In this document: in pieces, positions 30,875 through 36,664 of the stretch
Position numbering within the stretch: position 1 is the first letter of the stretch
Layout: each line of letters starts with the position of its first letter
Source of the DNA: Candidatus Methanomethylicia archaeon
GTDB taxonomy: Archaea; Thermoproteota; Methanomethylicia; CALHIW01
DNA: 36,664 nt
NCBI GenBank assembly: GCA_938030905.1
Contig: CALHIW010000013.1
Location: forward strand, 1-36,664
Reading direction: 5' to 3'
Notes under the pieces: model-generated
The model's input: the letters and a program-made list of their open reading frames with translations, nothing else
What the model was told of the DNA's origin: nothing
Databases searched by the model: none
Position numbers and translations under genes: made by a program

Positions 30875-32488
30875 GATAACACTATTTGAAATCTAATAAA
30901 ACTTCGCTCATAAATAAGACTTTGGGTACTATGTAATTATAGGTTGCTCTCTCTGTTATGCTTATCTTAGTGAATGACTTGTTATGGATATAAGTGTTTC
31001 AAATTAATTATGAAGTGGTTGTTAGTGTACCTTATGAGGACTATGACAAGTATGTTTCTAAGCTCTTCTGTTGAGACTAGTGTATCAATTTATGTTTGTA
31101 TATTTGAAACTCCATCAGTCTCTCTATTTGGTTTGTAATGTAGGTATTTCTACATCTTCTATTACTAGCTTGTAAAGAGAATCATGAAGCCTATGTTTCT
31201 AACTGTAAATGATGATTATTTAGTAGCCTTCTTCCTCAAGGTCATCAGCTATCTTGCAGAGCCTCTAAGTATCTTTCAATTCTAGCTTTCAGCCATTTCA
31301 TCTCTTCTTTACCAAGTTTACCAGCATGAGGAATACTTATTGACTGCTTCTCGACATCTGTCTTCTTTGAGTTATTCTAGAGGTTGGTGTAGATGTTTCA
31401 GGTATGTAGTATGCTCAGCCACCCTTTTAGCCTTAACAACATTTATTAATTCCCATCATCTAATATAAGGATCTTAGCCTTTAATGTGGCTATTTACCGC
31501 TAATCCAGATGTAAAGCCTTCAAATAGGAGTACATGAACATTACTCATTCCCACTCTAACACTCTTACTTCTGCGGAGCAGCATCACCATTCCAGACTTA
31601 CCATTCATCCTTGCCATGGAAGCTTGGAAGTCATCTCCTCTAAGAAGCTATGGCAGTCCCTTTGAGAAGTTTAATAGTAGTATTGATTCCCTGAAGGCAG
31701 CCTTATAACTCACTGAAACGAACTCTAGGAGCTTCATTCAGACATCGTAGAGTACCTATTATGTCTACATCTAAGAGCTCAAGAGTTAAGAGTCTGCCTT
31801 CTCTGTGATTTCCTCACCTTGAACCATCTTTCCTGCATCTGTGATTAGGATTTTTCAGTATAAGCTATACCTTCCGTAGAGATAATTATGGGAATCTTTT
31901 TACCTGCAAGCTGATTGATAAGCTGCTTCTCCTCAACTTAATCAGCTGGGTGAGGTTTCTCTAAACATAAATAACCATTAGAATGCTCAATGAGATATAA
32001 AAAGATCCATAGTAGTGAAGTGATATACTCTTTCAGGCTTATTTTTATCTTCGTATTATATGCATAATATAGAGAAAATGAAAGGTAGGCCTAAAAGCTA
32101 ACTTACAACTGCACACCATGAATTTTTCTGAAAAGTAGCTTAAGTTTTATAGGCTGAGGACAAAATTTCTTAGGAGGCCGCAGAAGATAAATCTCAAAGA
32201 GGAGGTATGAGGTGATAGTTTTAATATCAATAAAATTCTACTCTATATAATGTATTCAAAAATTTGACCTGAACTATTACTTCATGGAGGTTTTCAAGGG
32301 AATAAATTCATTTCCTTCAGTCCCGGAGGACACATAACCTAACTATGTAAGCTGGCAGATTTTTGGGATATCTTTTTATATTAAAGTTTTTATACTGAAT
32401 GGCCTGTTTAAAAAGGGTAGTGAATAAGGGAATAGTAAAACTGGTAGGAAGAGGAGTAGTAAGGACATGAAAATGGAGGTGAATAAAA

Positions 32489-33547
32489 ATGAAAATAGCA
32501 TCTATTATTGGAGCAAGACCAAACTTCATTAAGCTTGCACCTGTTTCAAGGGAGATAAGGGGAAAGTTTAATGAAATCATTATCCACACAGGGCAGCACT
32601 ATGATTATGAGATGGATAAAGTTTTTTTCGATGAGCTTGGGATTCCTGAACCTGATTACCATTTAGATGTTGGCTCCGGATCCCATGGAGAGCAAACTGG
32701 GGAAATGTTAAAGAGGGTGGAAAAGGTACTAATTAGGGAGGAACCGGATTTAATCTTGGTTTACGGTGATACAAATACTACTTTAGCAGGAGCTTTAGCA
32801 GCTTCAAAGCTACACATTAAAGTCGGCCATATTGAAGCTGGATTGAGAAGCTTTGATAGGAGGATGCCGGAGGAGATAAATAGAATTTTAGTTGATCATT
32901 GCTCTGACTTATTGTTTTGCCCTACTAAAACAGCAGTTAAAAACCTGGAAAAAGAGGGAATTGTAAGAGGTGTCTATCTAACGGGGGATGTGATGGTTGA
33001 TGCTCTGCAAAGAAGCATAGGAATTGCAGAGAGGAACTCCAGAATTTTGGAGAAGCTAAATTTGGGTCTAAGAGATTATTATTTGGCAACTATTCATAGA
33101 GCAGAAAACACAGATGATTTTAAAAGATTAAAGGCTATTGTAGAGGCATTTTGTGAAATTGGGAACATAGTATTCCCCTGTCATCCAAGAACTGAGAAAT
33201 GTTTAAAAAACTTTGGCTTGTGGGATACACTAAAGCAAGTTAAAGTTATAAAACCAGTTGGCTATCTTGATATGCTTATATTGGAGAAAAATGCAAAGAA
33301 AATTATAACAGACTCTGGTGGTGTGCAAAAGGAGGCATATATTTTCAGGGTTCCGTGTATTACGTTAAGGGAGAATACAGAATGGATTGAGACCGTAGAA
33401 GATGGATGGAATCTACTTGTTGAAGCAGATAAAGAAAAAATTGTTAAAGTGGTGAGGGAGTTTGAGCCTAGGAATAAACAGAGAAATGTTTTTGGTGATG
33501 GAGTGGCAAGTAGGAAAATCGCAGAGATAATAGGAGGAATAAAATGA
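32489..33547 (+). CDS. wecB: UDP-N-acetylglucosamine 2-epimerase (non-hydrolysing)
   Basis: GARPNFIK, HTGQHYD, GDTNT, HIEAGLRS, PEEINR, HRAEN, TDSGGVQKEA; GGAGGTG RBS. Confidence 0.96.
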   Translation: MKIASIIGARPNFIKLAPVSREIRGKFNEIIIHTGQHYDYEMDKVFFDELGIPEPDYHLDVGSGSHGEQTGEMLKRVEKVLIREEPDLILVYGDTNTTLAGALAASKLHIKVGHIEAGLRSFDRRMPEEINRILVDHCSDLLFCPTKTAVKNLEKEGIVRGVYLTGDVMVDALQRSIGIAERNSRILEKLNLGLRDYYLATIHRAENTDDFKRLKAIVEAFCEIGNIVFPCHPRTEKCLKNFGLWDTLKQVKVIKPVGYLDMLILEKNAKKIITDSGGVQKEAYIFRVPCITLRENTEWIETVEDGWNLLVEADKEKIVKVVREFEPRNKQRNVFGDGVASRKIAEIIGGIK

Positions 33548-34450
33548 GGAAAAATTAAAAAATCTCTTTGTACACTTATCTTCTCCATCATTTATTCAGA
33601 TAGACTTGGATATGCTAGGAAGTCTTTAATGTGTGGGTTGCGTATTATAAGGCAAGAAGAGATTGTTAAATTTCTTGATAGGACACTAAAAAGACATTTT
33701 GTAGTCAAAACAATATTTTCATAGTTTGCAGGAATTCATGTTTCCATAGTAATTCCGCCCCTAAGGCATTTAGATGAGATCAGTTGTAGTTGTTGGCAGT
33801 TATGAAGTGGTAAAGTGTACTAAAGTAGGATGTGAAGCATTGTTAAACCCATGTTCCTATAGTGGAGTATATGTTGGGAAATGTAGAAAAAGTTTTAGTA
33901 GTTAATAATTTCTTAAAGTTAGATGCTGTTAAGAATTTAGGTTATGGATGGCAAAATATTTTATGATTATAGGAAGCCCAACCTGAAGAGAAAAAGAAAA
34001 TTTAGTAACGAGAAGGGTTTTAGCGATACTTAGAGAAGAATTCGGCTGGAGGGTTTGGATGTACTTGTAGAATTAGCTAAATTTCTTCCAGATGTAATTT
34101 TTAGTGATGGTATCCAAGAAGATACGTTTAATAGACTTAAAGAAGACGCATCTTCAAATGTAGAATTCTTGGTTCTTTAACCAACATGAGCCTTACTCTC
34201 TATTATTAAAAAGCAAAACTTTATTGTCGGCTCTTGATGTGGGAAGCTTCTAAATGCTTTATGTGAAAATGCTTTGTGAATGTATGCCTGTTAAAATTGA
34301 GACAGTGGAATTCCAATAGTAATTGGTAATGTTGGATTTTATATTCCTTACGAAGATGCAAAGGCAACAGCAGAGGTGAGGAAAGGATTAGGAAAACATT
34401 TTCAATAGGGAATTAAAAGGAATAATAAATATTTGACATGGAGGTTATAA
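33544..34450 (+). pseudogene. Heavily decayed GT4 glycosyltransferase pseudogene
   Basis: Fragments PSFIQIDLDML, GSYEV, NALCE, MLCECMPV, GIPIVIGNVGFYIPYEDAKATAE; many stops and shifts. Confidence 0.75.
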
Positions 34451-34494
34451 GAGGTAAAGGAATCAATAACTAATCCTTTTTATTTTGTGCTCTA

Positions 34495-34700
34495 AAGGTT
34501 AAGACTGTAGTAGACAGAATGAACTATGTCATAGAAATATTCAAAAGAAAGAAAGTTTTGTGTCTAGAATGCGTTGATGGAAGACTGACTCACGGAAGGA
34601 TTCAAAAACAGAAAATTCCTATATTTAAGATTATAAGTGATGCTAAAGATATATGAGATATCAGATATAAATAAATGATTTTAAATTAGAGACTTAACTA
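34495..34700 (+). pseudogene. Probable class I methyltransferase 5' remnant
   Basis: VVDRMNYVIEIFKRKKVLCLECVDG resembles a decayed K.VL.LGC.D motif I. Confidence 0.4.
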
Positions 34701-34772
34701 GATATGATAATATGAAAAACCTAATAGGAGGAATGATGAAATGATATATTATCTAGGATTGGGGTAGAATGT

Positions 34773-35834
34773 ATGAGGGTAACTCTTATAGGGGCTAATC
34801 CTTGGAAAATGATTAGGTTAAGGCTCATAGCTAAATCCCTAATAAAGCATGGATTCGATGTTAATGTCTTTACGCCTAGAGTTGATGTGAGATTTAGACC
34901 AAAAGTTCTCTCAGCATTTCTAAGATACTCGGCGTTTATTATTCAGGAGTTATTTATGGGTTCAGATATAATTCACTTCTTTAATATTCCTGACATATAT
35001 GGTTTAGTTCCTCTCTTAAGGAAGAGCTTTGGAAAAGCTAAACTAATTTATGATGTTAGAGGTCCTTGGGGTGATGAGCTAGTAGAGTTTGGCTATAAAT
35101 CATTGCATGGTTTGGCTGAAAGCATAGAGAGAATATTAACAGTTAAGGCTTCACTGGTTACTACGGTTAATAATATACTTGCTGAGAGAGCTAGAAAATG
35201 GGGTGCAAGAAGAGTATATGTTATCCCTAACTATCCAAGTATGGATTTTAAACCCTTAGTTAATCCTTTAGAGTTTAAACGTAAACTGGGTTTGGAGGGG
35301 AGGGTGTTGCTTTTTGTTGGTTCATTTACGAGTATTGAGTGTGCTTTAGATGTTGTATTCATTTTTTATAGGGTTTATAGGAGGATGCCTGATGTTAGAT
35401 TGGTGATGGTTGGAGATGGGGGTTTAATGCCTGAAATTAGGAGGAGTATTTTAAAGTTAGGATTAAGAGATAAGGTAATATTAACAGGATGGATTCCTCA
35501 TAGGGAAGTTGCGGATTGGATTTCTATAGCTGATCTATGTCTTCTACCTAGAAGAGAAGAGGGGGAAGCTTCCAAGTTTTTCGCTCCCGAATCTATATTG
35601 AAAGTTAATGAGTATTTAGCTTTAGGTAAACCTGTAGTTACTACTCCAGTTGGAGGCTTTAAGAATGCACCATCACCACCATTCATTATAGCTCCATTTA
35701 ATAGACTTAGTGATGCTATAATTAAAGCTTTAGAGGAACCTATTAAAGTTAAAGATCAATTAAAATATACATGGAATACATCGGAGAAAATCCTCATTAA
35801 AGCATACAATGAGTTAATTGAAAATAGTGTATAG
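34773..35834 (+). CDS. GT4 glycosyltransferase
   Basis: IYDVR, VIPNYP, LFVGSF, MVGDG, TGWIPH, LKVNEYLALGKPVVTT. Confidence 0.9.
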   Translation: MRVTLIGANPWKMIRLRLIAKSLIKHGFDVNVFTPRVDVRFRPKVLSAFLRYSAFIIQELFMGSDIIHFFNIPDIYGLVPLLRKSFGKAKLIYDVRGPWGDELVEFGYKSLHGLAESIERILTVKASLVTTVNNILAERARKWGARRVYVIPNYPSMDFKPLVNPLEFKRKLGLEGRVLLFVGSFTSIECALDVVFIFYRVYRRMPDVRLVMVGDGGLMPEIRRSILKLGLRDKVILTGWIPHREVADWISIADLCLLPRREEGEASKFFAPESILKVNEYLALGKPVVTTPVGGFKNAPSPPFIIAPFNRLSDAIIKALEEPIKVKDQLKYTWNTSEKILIKAYNELIENSV

Positions 35835-35972
35835 ATGTAATCGATTAAAACATAATTATGGCAAAGCAACGTATGAGGTGGCGTGTTGATGAGGAAGTAT
35901 TTGAGTGAGGTGTAAATTTCACTATGGCTAAATATACTAGTTGAAGTATAACATATTATGGTAAATTGATGA

Positions 35973-36664
35973 TTATTGATAAATTCTGAATATTCTAAAG
36001 TTGTATAATCTATCGATTAAGCTAATGTTAATATGTGAATTAAACTTAATAACCCCCCCTTTAAGAATAGATCTAGCCTCAAGAGGGAGATCATCAATGT
36101 TTAAAATTAAAATTGTAGCATTATATTTCTCAATAATACTATAGATACTTGTTAAATTTGCATTTCTTGGAATTGCTACTATCTCCCTATCTGTTATCCA
36201 GGCAAAAACTCTTGATGGACCATGTATAGCTATAATTTCCCCATTATCAACACTACTCATTACTCTATTAGCTAAATCTGTTAGCTGCTTTGTTGATGAT
36301 TGATTTATTGTTTTCAATACATCTTGATATTGATATGTATGGTATGTTATGGCTAGGAGGGCTATGATAAGAATAGCTAATAATAGCTTTAAACTATTAA
36401 GCCTAAATGTTCTGGATCCTCTAGTAATTTTAAGTCTTACTTGGAGTTTTGAGGATACTATGTTAATTATGGATGATGATGTTAACGTCATCATTATGAA
36501 TACTGAGAGGAGAAATCTCTTCTCAAGCCAGCCGAGTGGAAAGTATAGTGAGTATAGTATCATATGTGATGCTATAAATATTAATGGTATAGCTTTAACT
36601 ATACTATTTACTTGAGTTAAGTATAGTATTGTTAGTATTATGAATGGAGGGGTTATCCATAAAT
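35973..36664 (-). CDS. 3' part of a polytopic membrane protein, possibly GT-C (ArnT/PMT-like) glycosyltransferase; 5' end outside window
   Basis: Frame is open from the window edge; TM segments, EKRFLL motif, then a soluble C-terminal domain. Confidence 0.6.
   Translation of the reverse strand, partial: LWITPPFIILTILYLTQVNSIVKAIPLIFIASHMILYSLYFPLGWLEKRFLLSVFIMMTLTSSSIINIVSSKLQVRLKITRGSRTFRLNSLKLLLAILIIALLAITYHTYQYQDVLKTINQSSTKQLTDLANRVMSSVDNGEIIAIHGPSRVFAWITDREIVAIPRNANLTSIYSIIEKYNATILILNIDDLPLEARSILKGGVIKFNSHINISLIDRLYNFRIFRIYQ

Noticed and set aside
1404-36615. Many short ORFs nested in or antisense to long genes (e.g. 1404-1619, 2822-3010, 3830-4045, 8387-8617, 9287-9682, 11756-11971, 15740-15961, 18122-18391, 21306-21758, 33262-33591, 36349-36615)
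   Set aside because: Shadow frames of well-supported genes; no motifs
1-36664. tRNA, rRNA, CRISPR arrays, proviral genes
   Set aside because: No GC-rich structured RNA segments, repeat-spacer arrays or viral hallmark genes seen by eye

Overview
AT-rich archaeal chromosomal window, most likely Thermoproteota/TACK (CdvB-type ESCRT-III, PolB3-like polymerase, L35Ae, DGGGP synthase, aKMT-like methyltransferase, DUF359). Left ~22 kb is mostly housekeeping. It holds a B12-radical SAM/geranylgeranyl reductase/UbiE-like cluster, a LipS1-like radical SAM, a nucleoside phosphorylase, a dead TnpB element, and a family B DNA polymerase with intact polymerase motifs but all three 3'-5' exonuclease motifs mutated. 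It also has an SDH-type protease, an unknown protein ending in a PIP-box-like motif, several methyltransferases, an endonuclease III pseudogene, CdvB and a ROK kinase. Right ~14 kb is a decaying surface-glycosylation island: intact GT4s, WecB and a WecC/WbpA-like dehydrogenase, many glycosyltransferase/oxidoreductase pseudogenes, two IS6-family remnants (one with IRs and TSD) and a ~60-bp IS6-like micro-MITE. No rRNA, tRNA or CRISPR array seen. All calls come from reading motifs by eye; no searches were run.
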